A DNA stretch of 64,000 bases from Acidobacteriota bacterium (GTDB taxonomy: Bacteria > Acidobacteriota > Blastocatellia > Pyrinomonadales > Pyrinomonadaceae). Within the stretch, counting starts at the first letter, position 1. Each line of letters opens with the position of its first letter. The translations under genes and the position numbers were made by a program. A model generated the notes under the pieces. That model was not told the DNA's origin, did no database searches, and saw nothing but the letters and a program-made list of their open reading frames with translations. The stretch lies in NCBI GenBank assembly GCA_046728235.1, contig JBKPEE010000033.1, positions 222 to 64,221 of the forward strand. Direction: 5' to 3'. Of this stretch, positions 37,229-47,653 are shown one piece after another.

Positions 37229-38902
37229 TTAGCCTGCGCTCGCAAGTTTCCGCACCGCTTCCAGCGTATCGATTTCATCAGCAGTTTTGTCGGGACGCAG
37301 CCGCACAATGCGCGGGAAGCGCAGCGCGTAACCGCTTTTGTGGCGATTGGATGGCTGAACCCGGTCAAAAGTTACTTCGATCACGATCCGCGGCTCAACA
37401 ACTCGCACGCGGCCGTGCGCGAATTCCTGAATTGTGTGAGCGCGGAACCATTCGGTCATCTGGGCAATTTCCGCGTCAGTTAATCCCGAGTAGGCTTTGC
37501 CGATGTTTAGTAGTTCGGGGTCCGACTCTGACCGGCGCACCGCGAACGTATAATCAGAGAGCACATTTCGTCGCTTGCCGTGGCCGAGTTCAACCGTCGT
37601 CACCACCACATCGAGAGTTGCCAGGGCCTTCTTGAGCTTCAGCCATTCACGCCCGCGCCGTCCCGGCTTATAAAACGACGCCGGGTCCTTGATCATCAAG
37701 CCCTCGTTGCCGCGGGCGCGAGCCGCGTCGAATTCCTCATCGAGGGCTGAAACCTCAGTGAATTGTTTTGCTACGGAAAGCCTTACCGTCCCGAGATTGG
37801 CCCGCCCGCTACCGCAGGCGGTTCCGACCAGTTCCTCGAGTCTCGTACGACGCGTCTGCAACGGGTCGTTGATTAAAACTTTGCCGTTCCCGTACAGAAG
37901 GTCCCAGGCAACAAACACGACCGGAGTGCTGGCGAGCAATTCTTCACTTACGACTTTTCGGCCCAGGCGCTTCTGCAGATTGCTGAAAGGGAGAATTTCA
38001 TCACCGCGCGCGGTAATGATCTCGCCGTCAAGAATGGCTTCGGTCCGCAAGTCTGCCAACGGTTGGTGCAGTTCAGGAAAGCGAATTGATATCTCGTCGA
38101 GCGTCCGCGAGTAAATTGCGACCCGGCCGTTTTGAATATGGGCCTGGGCGCGAATTCCGTCGAATTTGTCTTCCACATAAAACTCTCCAGGCATAGTCCG
38201 CTCGATGTCCGCGAGATCTGAAGCCGGCGTGGCTAACATGAATTTCAATGGGTGAAACAGACGCATATCGACCGACTGCAGCGCTCCGGCTCGCGCGCGC
38301 ACCGCAGCTTCGCCGATGTCGCCGCGCAGCATATTGGCCATCGACACGTCGGGCAGTGGCTGTCGGAACGCGCGCGCGATTGCGTCCTCAACCAGACCTT
38401 CGCGCAACCCAATCCGCAGATCCCCCGCCAGCAGCTTTACGAGGTACTTCGCTTCCAGCGGCGTGGCTTTCATGAAAACTTTGGCAAGCACGTCAACCTT
38501 AGCTTTTTTGCCGCGCGTGGTACTCAATCGCGACAACAGCATTTCGGTGTCCGCCAGCGTGAGGCTCGGCGAGTTGCCGGGCCTGGTTGCGGAAAAGATT
38601 TCAAACGCTACGTCCCCGGCGTCGCCCCAGCGCGCGTATCGCGGCCCCAGTGTCTCCGGTGCAATTCCCGTGGCGAGGCACATCGCCTCGCTGAGAATGC
38701 TGCCGCCGACATTCGTGGTGCGAACATCACTTTGGGCGAACTGCTGGCCCGCGAAATAACGGGCCGCGCGGGCGAGATCCTCGTCATCCAGGTGGGCGAA
38801 ATATTCGCCAAGGAAACTCGCCTTTGCGAGCTTCTTGGTTGTCGCCGCGACTGCTTCAGCCATGCGGGCGAATTGCTCGAGTGAGTGCCAGGCCAAATTC
38901 AT
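37229..38902 (-). CDS. ATP-dependent DNA ligase
   Basis: Motif I EDKFDGIRAQ, EGLMIK, and the LKLKK region. About 557 aa from the ATG at 38902 (a TTG at 38920 is also possible). Confidence 0.9.
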   Translation of the reverse strand: MNLAWHSLEQFARMAEAVAATTKKLAKASFLGEYFAHLDDEDLARAARYFAGQQFAQSDVRTTNVGGSILSEAMCLATGIAPETLGPRYARWGDAGDVAFEIFSATRPGNSPSLTLADTEMLLSRLSTTRGKKAKVDVLAKVFMKATPLEAKYLVKLLAGDLRIGLREGLVEDAIARAFRQPLPDVSMANMLRGDIGEAAVRARAGALQSVDMRLFHPLKFMLATPASDLADIERTMPGEFYVEDKFDGIRAQAHIQNGRVAIYSRTLDEISIRFPELHQPLADLRTEAILDGEIITARGDEILPFSNLQKRLGRKVVSEELLASTPVVFVAWDLLYGNGKVLINDPLQTRRTRLEELVGTACGSGRANLGTVRLSVAKQFTEVSALDEEFDAARARGNEGLMIKDPASFYKPGRRGREWLKLKKALATLDVVVTTVELGHGKRRNVLSDYTFAVRRSESDPELLNIGKAYSGLTDAEIAQMTEWFRAHTIQEFAHGRVRVVEPRIVIEVTFDRVQPSNRHKSGYALRFPRIVRLRPDKTADEIDTLEAVRKLASAG

Positions 38903-39144
38903 ATTTCGGGCTATTCTCAACTCCGTTGGAGTGTTAGCGCAACTGTGTTAGCTGGTTGCGTCAGCGTCTCTCGGATGCGGAAGATTTCCCTATCGCGCGT
39001 AAATTCGACCACGCTTTCAGGAACTGCCTATGAAACATCGCGTTGAACTGAGGTATGATTGTTGCCAACGCTACTAACTAACCCAAAAAGCGGGACTCAC
39101 AGTTTCGCTACTGCTGACGTCACTTACTTCCCGGGAGGTGAGTT

Positions 39145-41172
39145 ATGAAATCCAAAAGCTGTCTGAGGCTGCTCCGCCTGGCTTCGAGCGAGCTTGTGCC
39201 GGACTCAGCGGACCGATCGACCCGCCGATACGTCCTGAGGAGCATCAGCATTTTCATCTCGTTGCTTGCCTGGTTTGCTTTAAGTACTTCGGCCATTGCG
39301 CAGACCGTAAAATTCAACTCGCCCGTGAATTACACGGCGGGTCATCCTTACGTAGTGACGTCGGGTGATTTCAACGGCGACGGCAGGTTTGATTTGGTCG
39401 TCGGTGACATCACCACGAACGACCTGCTCGTCCTGATAGGGAACGGAGACGGCACGCTGAAACCGGCATTGACCTATCACGTCTCAACGCCTCCGCGTTA
39501 CCTGGTGGTCAATGATTTCAATCGTGATGGCAAGTTGGACATCGTGTTCGCAGATGGTGTCCCCACCGCCAGCATTAACATTATGTTCGGAAACGGCGAT
39601 GGCTCGTTTGGACTTCCGCAAAGTTATGCCGTCTCTGGCTGGCAGGTCGTCAGCGCCGACTTTAACGGCGACGGCAAGCCGGATCTCCTCTCGCGTCCCA
39701 CGACTACGACGTTGGCGGTGTTGCTGAACAATGGCAGCGGCGGTTTTCAATCGCTGCAAGTCTATAACGTGCCTCAGCCAATTGTGAGAGTCTTTGCCAC
39801 CGCGGACTTCAACGGCGACGGCAAAGCGGATTTGGTCGCAATCGGAAGAAACCTTGGTCCGGGTGATAACACGCTGATAATTCTGAGCGTGCTGCTGGGA
39901 AAAGGGGATGGCACATTCCAGCCACCTCTCACCGTGAACGGTAATTGGGGCGTGGGATCAGGACCTTACTCAATTTCCGCCGGTGACTTTGATCGGGACG
40001 GAAAGCTCGACATCGCCGTAACTGATGAGTACCTGTCAGTTTTGAGAGGCAATGGAGATGGGACCTTCAAGCCGCCAGTGGTGCAACCTCACCTGAGTAA
40101 TACTTCAGTTGACTTGAAAGTGTCCGACTTCAATGGCGATGGCAAGCTGGACCTCGTAAGTGCGGGAGTTTTCAGTGGCGACAACATACAGGTGTTGTTG
40201 GGGAACGGCGACGCAACTTTTCAAACCGTCGGCAGCCTGATAAATCAGGTGGGTGGAGTTTCAGTTACGGTGGTAGACCTTAACGGAGACACGCGACCCG
40301 ACGTCGCCGCCTGCGTAAACAGCCAACTGGCGTTGGCTCTGGTAAATGTAACTCCGGGAAATCCAGATAACACGGACTACTTTGTGCATCAGCATTATGT
40401 GGATTTTCTGGATCGGGAGCCTGATGCCGCTGGGTTTGAATTTTGGGCAAGCCAAATCAGTTCGTGCGGTGTCGACCAGCAATGCATCGACATAAAACGT
40501 ATCAACACGTCAGGCGCATTCTATTTATCAATCGAATTTCAGCAAACGGCGTATCTCGTCGAACGGCTGTATAAGACGGCTTATGGCGACAGCAATGGCA
40601 ACTCAACCAACGGTGGTGCTGCACATCAGTTGTCAGTACCGATCGTGCGCATGGACGAACTGATGCGGGACTCTCGTCAGATTAACGAGAACGTAGTCGT
40701 GCTGCAGCCGGAGTGGCAAAACGTACTCGAAAACAATAAACAGATCTTTGTGTCGCAGTTTGTGCAACGTTTGCATTTTCAGAGTGCGTTTCCGTCATCA
40801 ATGACGCCTGCGGATTTCGTTGACAAACTGAACCAGAATGCCGGCGACGTTCTGACAGCGCCCCAGCGGACGGCGGCGATCGCTTTGTTCGCAGGCTCAA
40901 GCAACACCAGCGACTTCAATGCCCGGGCGCAGGCCCTGCGGCAGGTTGCTGAGAATCAGCAACTCTACGACTCCGAAAAGAATCGCGCCTTTGTGCTGAT
41001 GCAATATCTCGGTTATCTGCGGCGCAATCCGAATGACTCGCCCGATTTAGATTACTCCGGTTATGACTTTTGGCTGAGCAAACTGAACCAGTTTAATGGG
41101 AACTTTGTTCAGGCTGAGATGGTGAAGGCTTTCATTACCGCAACGGAATATCGACAACGCTTTCAGCCTTAA
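39145..41172 (+). CDS. FG-GAP/VCBS repeat protein with C-terminal DUF4214 domain
   Basis: At least 7 FNGDGK-x-DL repeats plus one FDRDGKLD variant. C-terminal YFVHQHYVDFLDREPDAAGFEFWASQI. GGAGG SD upstream of the ATG. Confidence 0.85.
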   Translation: MKSKSCLRLLRLASSELVPDSADRSTRRYVLRSISIFISLLAWFALSTSAIAQTVKFNSPVNYTAGHPYVVTSGDFNGDGRFDLVVGDITTNDLLVLIGNGDGTLKPALTYHVSTPPRYLVVNDFNRDGKLDIVFADGVPTASINIMFGNGDGSFGLPQSYAVSGWQVVSADFNGDGKPDLLSRPTTTTLAVLLNNGSGGFQSLQVYNVPQPIVRVFATADFNGDGKADLVAIGRNLGPGDNTLIILSVLLGKGDGTFQPPLTVNGNWGVGSGPYSISAGDFDRDGKLDIAVTDEYLSVLRGNGDGTFKPPVVQPHLSNTSVDLKVSDFNGDGKLDLVSAGVFSGDNIQVLLGNGDATFQTVGSLINQVGGVSVTVVDLNGDTRPDVAACVNSQLALALVNVTPGNPDNTDYFVHQHYVDFLDREPDAAGFEFWASQISSCGVDQQCIDIKRINTSGAFYLSIEFQQTAYLVERLYKTAYGDSNGNSTNGGAAHQLSVPIVRMDELMRDSRQINENVVVLQPEWQNVLENNKQIFVSQFVQRLHFQSAFPSSMTPADFVDKLNQNAGDVLTAPQRTAAIALFAGSSNTSDFNARAQALRQVAENQQLYDSEKNRAFVLMQYLGYLRRNPNDSPDLDYSGYDFWLSKLNQFNGNFVQAEMVKAFITATEYRQRFQP

Positions 41173-41339
41173 GTCCGCGCGGCTCATTATTGAGTTACCG
41201 CCGGCATCTTTGGTGAAAGCGAGGCAAAACAGCAAGACCCATCGCTCCCTCATCAATCTGCTGTCTGTACGTCTTTGTGCCGCCGCGTTACAATCCTTTT
41301 CGCTACTGGCTGCGTCTAACGGTAGGCCGGTTTAGCACC

Positions 41340-41765
41340 ATGTATTTACTAATTCTTGATTCACTGGGCAGCACTGAATTGCTCGTCATCCAGGGGGCGG
41401 CGCTGATTTTCTTTGGGCCGCGGCGCCTGCCGCAACTCAGCCGCCAGCTCGGTAAAGGCCTGGCCGAATTTCGGCGAGCATCGGAGGATTTCAAGCGGAC
41501 CTGGGAACGCGAAGTGAACCTCGAGAATTTCGAAAAAGGTGTCGAGCCTGACGCCGCCAGTTCAATTATCGACAAGGCAACGGAGAAGATTCGCGCCGCA
41601 AGAGAGGCGGCCGCACTTGATTCGGCGGGCGTCTCTGCGACAGCTGAGACCATCGCGCCGTCGATCACTCCGGTCGATCCCGCGCTGGTTCAACCACGGG
41701 AATCAAACTTTCCGGCTGAGACCGTGCTGCCTGAAAATCCTCACGGCAAACATGAGTGGCTATGA
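41340..41765 (+). CDS. tatA: twin-arginine translocase TatA/TatB-family protein
   Basis: LLVIQGAALIFFGPRRLPQLSRQLGKGLAEFRRA matches the TM-hinge-amphipathic helix signature. Start at the internal ATG. Confidence 0.8.
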   Translation: MYLLILDSLGSTELLVIQGAALIFFGPRRLPQLSRQLGKGLAEFRRASEDFKRTWEREVNLENFEKGVEPDAASSIIDKATEKIRAAREAAALDSAGVSATAETIAPSITPVDPALVQPRESNFPAETVLPENPHGKHEWL

Positions 41766-41793
41766 GTGAAATCACACGCCGACTTTTCACCGA

Positions 41794-42867
41794 ATGGCAG
41801 GCTTGCGCTTAATCAAATCCAAGGAAGAGAAAGAATCCCGCGAAGAACTCGGCGGGCAGATGTCGTTTCTCGAGCATCTAGACGAGTTGCGTACGCGTTT
41901 GATTCGGAGCATGGCGTTTGTGCTGATCGCCGCGTTTGTGTGCTGGTTTGTTTCGGGCTACATCTATCGCTTCCTTGAGGCGCCGGTCAATCGCGCGCTG
42001 GCGGAAGCGCAACAGCAAAGAAAGGTTTCGATCGCGGGGCTCAACGGCCAACTCGCAACTATTCCGCTGAATTCGCTGCATCAGAGCGACAAGATTCGTT
42101 ATGCATTTCCTGAGCTGACAAAACTCGGTTCAGTATCAATCCCGGCCGGAACGTCGGTAATGGCGCGAGTGGACAGGGATGCCCAGGGCAATCTCGGACT
42201 TTTCACTGATGAACCTTTGTCAGCCGGCAACGATGTGATTCCCAAAGATGTGAAGCTGCCGATCGACCTGACGACGGGTTACGACAAGGTGCGCGATCAA
42301 AACGACAAGTTGATCGTGACCACCGCGCTCGAGCCCTTCGCCCTCTACGTAAAGGTCTCGTTGTATGCAGCCATCGGTTTGTCAGTGCCGTTTCTGCTCT
42401 GGCAAATTTGGGCCTTCGTCTCGCCAGGCTTGTATCCCCACGAGCGAAAATATGTAACGCCGTTCATCGCCTTGTCGACGATCTTTTTCGTCCTGGGCGC
42501 AGCGACCGCCTACTATTTGATCTTTCCGCCGGCCGCAAAATATTTGCTGGGCCTGGGTTCAGATTTTCGTTTGCTGCTAAAGGCGGACGATTATTTCGAC
42601 TTCATTATCCTGCTGATGCTGGGCATGGGCGCCGTCGCGCAGATGCCGGCGATAACCTATGTCCTGGCGCGCATGGGCTTGATCACTGCGGGCTGGATGC
42701 TCAAGGTCTGGCGCGTGGCCATTATCACCATTCTAATCGTGGCCGCCGTGCTTTCGCCGACGAATGACGTTCCGAACATGTTGCTGTTTGCGGCTCCCAT
42801 GTTCGTGCTCTACGCGATCTCGATCATTGTGGCGTGGGTTTGCGGTCGGAAACGGCAAACGGCGTGA
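41794..42867 (+). CDS. tatC: twin-arginine translocase subunit TatC with enlarged first periplasmic loop
   Basis: MSFLEHLDELRTRLIRS, SPGLYPHERK, and six TM helices. About 120 aa between TM1 and TM2. Confidence 0.9.
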   Translation: MAGLRLIKSKEEKESREELGGQMSFLEHLDELRTRLIRSMAFVLIAAFVCWFVSGYIYRFLEAPVNRALAEAQQQRKVSIAGLNGQLATIPLNSLHQSDKIRYAFPELTKLGSVSIPAGTSVMARVDRDAQGNLGLFTDEPLSAGNDVIPKDVKLPIDLTTGYDKVRDQNDKLIVTTALEPFALYVKVSLYAAIGLSVPFLLWQIWAFVSPGLYPHERKYVTPFIALSTIFFVLGAATAYYLIFPPAAKYLLGLGSDFRLLLKADDYFDFIILLMLGMGAVAQMPAITYVLARMGLITAGWMLKVWRVAIITILIVAAVLSPTNDVPNMLLFAAPMFVLYAISIIVAWVCGRKRQTA

Positions 42868-42890
42868 AAAGCCTATTTGACAATGGCCTG

Positions 42891-42970
42891 CTGACTGGAG
42901 CGCAAGCGTCCTCGCTTGCATTGAGGGGAAGCACTTCCGATGTAGCAACCGGGACGGTTGCGCTCCAGTC
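42891..42970. repeat. GGAGCGC...GCGCTCC hairpin element, copy 2
   Basis: ctgactggagcgcaagcgtcctcgcttg ... caaccgggacggttgcgctccagtc shares its termini with 27431..27496. Confidence 0.7.
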
Positions 42971-43148
42971 AAATGTCAAACCGTTTTTGCTGGACATTTC
43001 CCAACATTTAGGCAACTGTAGAGACTTTCCGCCGCATCTTGACTCTGGTTTAAAGCAAACCTAGAATTCGATATTCGTCCGCGGTGCACGCTCCGATTAC
43101 GAACTGACACCGAAATAGTTTCCCCGCTTTATCTTAGGAGTAATACAA

Positions 43149-44780
43149 ATGTCACAACGCAGATCGAGCCGCCTGGCCGTCGCTCTTTTCGCTCTTATTT
43201 TCGCCGTCCCTTCCGGTCTGGCGCAGAAAAATAAATCCAGCGACCAGCAGGACCCTTCAGAGAAGGCCCGCAATGTTAAGCCGGAACTGAAGAAGGCCTA
43301 CAAAGACTGGCTGGAAAAAGACGTGGCCTACATCATCACGGACGAAGAGCGCAAGGCTTTCAAAAAGCTGGAAACCGACGACGAGCGCGAGCGGTTCATT
43401 GAAGAGTTTTGGCGGCGGCGCGATCCGGATCCGGACACCGATGAGAACGAGTATCGCGAGGAATACTACGAACGCATCGCTTACGCGAACGAGCATTATG
43501 CTTCGGGCATTCCCGGATGGAAGACTGACCGGGGCCGCATCTACATCATGTATGGGAAGCCCGATGAGACTGAAAGCCATCCGTCCGGTGGCGCTTACCA
43601 GCGTGAGTCTTATGAAGGTGGCGGCTCGACCTCGACATACCCATTTGAGCGCTGGTTCTATCGTTACCTGCCTGGCGTCGGCTCGGGCATCGAGATTGAA
43701 TTCGTCGACCCAACGGGCAGCGGCGAGTACCGAATCGCGCGAAACCCGGACGAGAAGGACGCCCTGCTACATGTTCCGGGCGCGGGCTTAACTCTGGCTG
43801 AGGAAATGGGTCTGTCCGACAAGAGCCAGCGCATCTCCAACCTCGGTGGTATCGGCACCCCGAACTACATGCGCGAGCAGGACAGTCCTTTTTCGCGCCT
43901 CCAGGTGCTGACCGACCTCCAACGACCGCCACAGGTCAAGTTCAACGATCTGGCCTCGGCAGTGAACACGCCGATCGTTGAAGACAATCCTCTTAACTTC
44001 GATCTGCGCGTAGACTTCTATCGCCAATCCGACGAGCGAGTCATTACCGCATTCACGATTCAGACCGACAATCAAAACCTCGTTTTCAAAGACAGTGGCG
44101 GTTTGCAGCAGGCGCAGCTGAACATCTTTGCAAAGATCACCCATGTCTCCGGTCGCCGCGCCGGCCAGTTTGAAGATCCGGTGATCACGCGCGCCACGCC
44201 GGAAGAGCTGTCAGAGGCCAAGGAAAGAAAGTCGGCTTATCAAAAGGCCGTCGCCTTAACGCCTGGACATTATAAAATCGACGTGATTGTCCGCGACATC
44301 GATTCGGGAGCAACCGGAGTGCGGCATCTCGGCTTCGATGTGCCGAAGTACGACCCGGCCAAGCTCTCGACATCAACCCTGGTAATCGCCACCAAGCTGG
44401 AAGCGCTTAACGACCAGCCGGCTGTCGGCATGTTCATGATTGGAAACGTGAAAGTGATTCCCAATGTGTCGGGTTCATTTCATCGCGGAGCTCCGATCGG
44501 CGTCTACATGCAGATTTACAACGCCGGCATCGATCAGACCACGCTGCGTCCCTCCGTCGACGTTGAATACGTGCTGCTGAAAGACGGTAAGGAGCTCGGC
44601 AAACAGGCGGAAGATTGGCGCGGCAACAGCGATTCCGGACAGCGATTGACGCTGGCCCGCTTAATCGATTCGCGCCAGTTACCTCCCGGCGATTACGCGA
44701 TCGAAGTCCACGTACGCGACCGCGTCAGCGGACAATCGCTGGTCCAGAAGGACTACGGCAAGTTCACCATAGTGCCGTAG
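43149..44780 (+). CDS. GWxTD domain-containing protein
   Basis: Signal peptide, [11 protein letters not shown], and the [17 protein letters not shown] motif. Confidence 0.9.
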   Translation: MSQRRSSRLAVALFALIFAVPSGLAQKNKSSDQQDPSEKARNVKPELKKAYKDWLEKDVAYIITDEERKAFKKLETDDERERFIEEFWRRRDPDPDTDENEYREEYYERIAYANEHYASGIPGWKTDRGRIYIMYGKPDETESHPSGGAYQRESYEGGGSTSTYPFERWFYRYLPGVGSGIEIEFVDPTGSGEYRIARNPDEKDALLHVPGAGLTLAEEMGLSDKSQRISNLGGIGTPNYMREQDSPFSRLQVLTDLQRPPQVKFNDLASAVNTPIVEDNPLNFDLRVDFYRQSDERVITAFTIQTDNQNLVFKDSGGLQQAQLNIFAKITHVSGRRAGQFEDPVITRATPEELSEAKERKSAYQKAVALTPGHYKIDVIVRDIDSGATGVRHLGFDVPKYDPAKLSTSTLVIATKLEALNDQPAVGMFMIGNVKVIPNVSGSFHRGAPIGVYMQIYNAGIDQTTLRPSVDVEYVLLKDGKELGKQAEDWRGNSDSGQRLTLARLIDSRQLPPGDYAIEVHVRDRVSGQSLVQKDYGKFTIVP

Positions 44781-44890
44781 CGAAGCTAACCGAAACCGGC
44801 TCTCGAATCGAAATCGAGAGCCGGTTTTGTTTTACCTTGAGTCTCTTCGCACTCTTTAAACCCGACGCGCTTGCGGCGCAAGGAGATTTC

Positions 44891-45274
44891 ATGCGTAAGA
44901 CAATTTTCGTTTTCATAGTAGCTACACTCCTGGCAGTAGTTGGAACAGCCGCGGCTCAGAACCAGCGCGGCGTCGTTGATCCGCAGGACAAACCGCGCAA
45001 AGTTAGGGAAGAGGCGGACAAGGCGTTCAAGAAGTGGTTGGAAGACGTCGGCCCTATCATTTCCGATCCCGAACGAAAAGCATGGGATCAATTGCAGACC
45101 AACGAGGAGCGCGAGCGTTTCATCGAGGCGTTCTGGCGCCGCCGCGATCCGGATCCTGATACTGAAACAAATGAATACCGCGAAGCCTATTACGAGCGCA
45201 TCGCCTACGTGAATGAACATTTCACTTTCCGGGATTCCCGGGTACAAGACTTTTGTAATTTGTCGGTGCCATGA
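44891..45274 (+). pseudogene. truncated and frameshifted GWxTD-family paralogue (N-terminal fragment)
   Basis: Shares [38 protein letters not shown] with the upstream gene. GIPGYKT is readable only in the +1 frame. Homology ends near 45251. Confidence 0.7.
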
Positions 45275-45657
45275 AACATAGATCAGGAGATAAGAACCCT
45301 CTATTCAAACGGGCTCGCAAAGGCTTCCGCGGTTATCCCGTGGGTACGATTGCTCTGTACGGACCAGACGATCGCCGCGCCACAAAGGTTGCGGTCGGTA
45401 TTGTTACTCGCGAAGGGGCTGAACCCGAGTTACTCGAGCGGTGGTACGCCGACGAAGGCGACGTGCGGTCTGATGAGGAGATTACCGCTCAAATACGCGC
45501 CTTTCTGTCGCAACATAGTGTGTTGTCGGTCGTAGCAGTTGACCGGATCATCGGCTGTCCACATGAAGAAGGAATCGACTACCCCGACGGTGAAGCTTGC
45601 CCACAGTGTCCTTTTTGGCGCGGTCGAGATCGCTTTACCGGTGAATTGATTCACTGA
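45271..45657 (+). CDS. hypothetical protein with C-terminal GCPHEEGIDYPDGEACPQCPFW motif
   Basis: 128-aa ORF overlapping the preceding stop by 4 nt (ATGA). Cys/His cluster at the C-terminus. Family not recognised. Confidence 0.55.
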   Translation: MKHRSGDKNPLFKRARKGFRGYPVGTIALYGPDDRRATKVAVGIVTREGAEPELLERWYADEGDVRSDEEITAQIRAFLSQHSVLSVVAVDRIIGCPHEEGIDYPDGEACPQCPFWRGRDRFTGELIH

Positions 45658-45736
45658 TCCGGTGGCGTGTTATGGTAAACGTAACGATCTTCGACCGACA
45701 GGCTCTTATCCACTTTACGCTTTACGGGCGTCGAGA

Positions 45737-45821
45737 AAACAATCAGTTACCCGGTCGCTATCGCTCCCGGTACTGACTCCACTCCTTCACTTACTCAAAA
45801 CTTATGCCGCCTACTTTTGAG
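45737..45821. repeat. 85-bp repeat, left copy (contains the CCGGTCGCTAYCGCTCCCGGTACTGAC core)
   Basis: 82/85 identical to the reverse complement of 48937..49021. Confidence 0.85.
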
Positions 45822-45878
45822 GCACAGCCCTGACCTCACGAGCTTCGATCTCTGCTCCAGTGCTAAACTTGGATTCGA

Positions 45879-46982
45879 ATGGAACGTATTCATCTTACAG
45901 GCCTGTCTCAGACTGAGCTGTCTGAATTGCTCACTACATCGGACCAGCCGGCATATCGCGGGCGCCAGATCTTTAGCGCCATTCACGCGCGCCGTCTCCA
46001 GTCCTTTGACGAGATGACAGATCTGCCAAAAGACCTGCGGGCCAGACTGAAAGATCAGGCAGTCGTCTCAACCTTGACGCTGGAGTCACGATATATTTCC
46101 AGCGACGGCACGCGTCGTTATCTTTTCAAAACCGACGATAATTATCCGGTCGAAACGGTGTTTATTCCTGAGGAGCGTCGCGACACGATCTGCTTTTCCT
46201 CTCAGTCAGGCTGCCCACTGCAATGCACCTTTTGTCTGACAGCCCAGCTTGGGTTGCTGAGAAATCTGACGGCCGGCGAAATCGTGGAACAGATCATCTT
46301 CGCCCTGAATGATGCTTATGGAGTGGGCGTACCCACACCGCGTGGTACGAATCTGGTAGGCATGGGAGCGGGCGAGCCCTTTCTCAATTTCGACAACCTG
46401 ATGAAGGCCATCCGCATCATGAACGACCCTGCGGGGCTGCACATCGTTCCGAACCGGGTAACCGTTTCGACAGCAGGCATTGTCCCTCGCATTCGCGAAC
46501 TGGCAAACATACCTGAGCGGCCGCATCTGGCGATTTCACTCGCCGCGCCAAATGACGAATTGCGCAACGAGCTGATGCCCATCAATCAGAAATGGCCCAT
46601 TCAGGAATTACTGTCGGCTTGCAAAGAATTCGAGCAGTCGTTGAAACGGAACGAGCGGTTCACGTTCGAGTACGTGATGCTGCGCGGCGTCAACGATTCC
46701 GACAGCCACGCGCGCCAGCTGGCTAATCTGCTCAATCAGCATGACTTGCGAGCAAAAGTGAATCTGATACCGCACAACCCGGCGGAACCTTTGCCTTATC
46801 AGCCCTCGTCGATTGAGCGCGTCGAAGCGTTTCGGGAAATCCTCGAGTCGAAGGGAATTCCAGCCTTTATCCGCCGCCCACGCGGACGGGACATTCTGGC
46901 TGCGTGCGGGCAACTGGCCGCGCGCAGCGCTGGCGGCGAAACGCCGGTGCCTATCAGCGGCGCGCGTAGTCGCATCGCCTGA
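45879..46982 (+). CDS. rlmN: 23S rRNA/tRNA adenine-C2 methyltransferase RlmN (radical SAM)
   Basis: PAYRGRQIF, the radical-SAM CPLQCTFC motif, the GMGEP-like GMGAGEP segment, and a C-terminal AACGQL Cys. Confidence 0.95.
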   Translation: MERIHLTGLSQTELSELLTTSDQPAYRGRQIFSAIHARRLQSFDEMTDLPKDLRARLKDQAVVSTLTLESRYISSDGTRRYLFKTDDNYPVETVFIPEERRDTICFSSQSGCPLQCTFCLTAQLGLLRNLTAGEIVEQIIFALNDAYGVGVPTPRGTNLVGMGAGEPFLNFDNLMKAIRIMNDPAGLHIVPNRVTVSTAGIVPRIRELANIPERPHLAISLAAPNDELRNELMPINQKWPIQELLSACKEFEQSLKRNERFTFEYVMLRGVNDSDSHARQLANLLNQHDLRAKVNLIPHNPAEPLPYQPSSIERVEAFREILESKGIPAFIRRPRGRDILAACGQLAARSAGGETPVPISGARSRIA

Positions 46983-47029
46983 CTGGCGGACGTGACGGCG
47001 ATTCACGCGCGCGTGTAAAATAGGCGCTT

Positions 47030-47587
47030 ATGAAATCAATTGCCAGACTCTTTCTATTATTCGCCCTCGGTATTACGCCGCAGAGTTTCTTCGCGACCTC
47101 AGTGAATCCGCATGTCGCATCGCCGGACCCGAACATCGAGGTCAAGGGCTATTACTCGAATGATAAGGCCCAACGCGGTCGCGTGGTGCGAGCCGCGATC
47201 GTCATGGAGATTCCCGGCGGTTATCACGTCAACGCAAACCGGCCGTTGGGCAAATACGCGATTGCGACCACCGTCAAAATCGAAGCACCCAAAGGTGTGG
47301 CTGTCGGGCCAGTCATTTTTCCTCGGGCCGTAGTTCGAAAACTAAAAGCCACAAATAACGAGTCGCTCGCCGTCTATGAAGGCCGGGCCATCATGCGATT
47401 CAACGTCACGGTGCCGTCAAATTATGGCGATGGGTGGCTCAATCTGAAGGCGCGCGTGCGTTATCAAAGCTGCAATGACGACGTCTGCTTTCCGCCTAAG
47501 AACCAGGACATCGACCTGGGCATCGGCGTAGTGGGCGCCAACGAACGCGTGCAAAGAGCCAATGGCTGGGTGTTCGGCGGCCGGTAA
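47030..47587 (+). CDS. DsbD N-terminal-like (DsbC/DsbD family) domain protein, exported
   Basis: Signal peptide. The RYQSCNDDVCFPP motif is typical of the thiol:disulfide interchange DsbD_N-like domain. Confidence 0.55.
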   Translation: MKSIARLFLLFALGITPQSFFATSVNPHVASPDPNIEVKGYYSNDKAQRGRVVRAAIVMEIPGGYHVNANRPLGKYAIATTVKIEAPKGVAVGPVIFPRAVVRKLKATNNESLAVYEGRAIMRFNVTVPSNYGDGWLNLKARVRYQSCNDDVCFPPKNQDIDLGIGVVGANERVQRANGWVFGGR

Positions 47588-47653
47588 AGACTCTTAAAAA
47601 AGCTGAGCTGAATTTCGTTAGCTAAGGCTCGGCGTCGAACCAGGCGCATTCTC

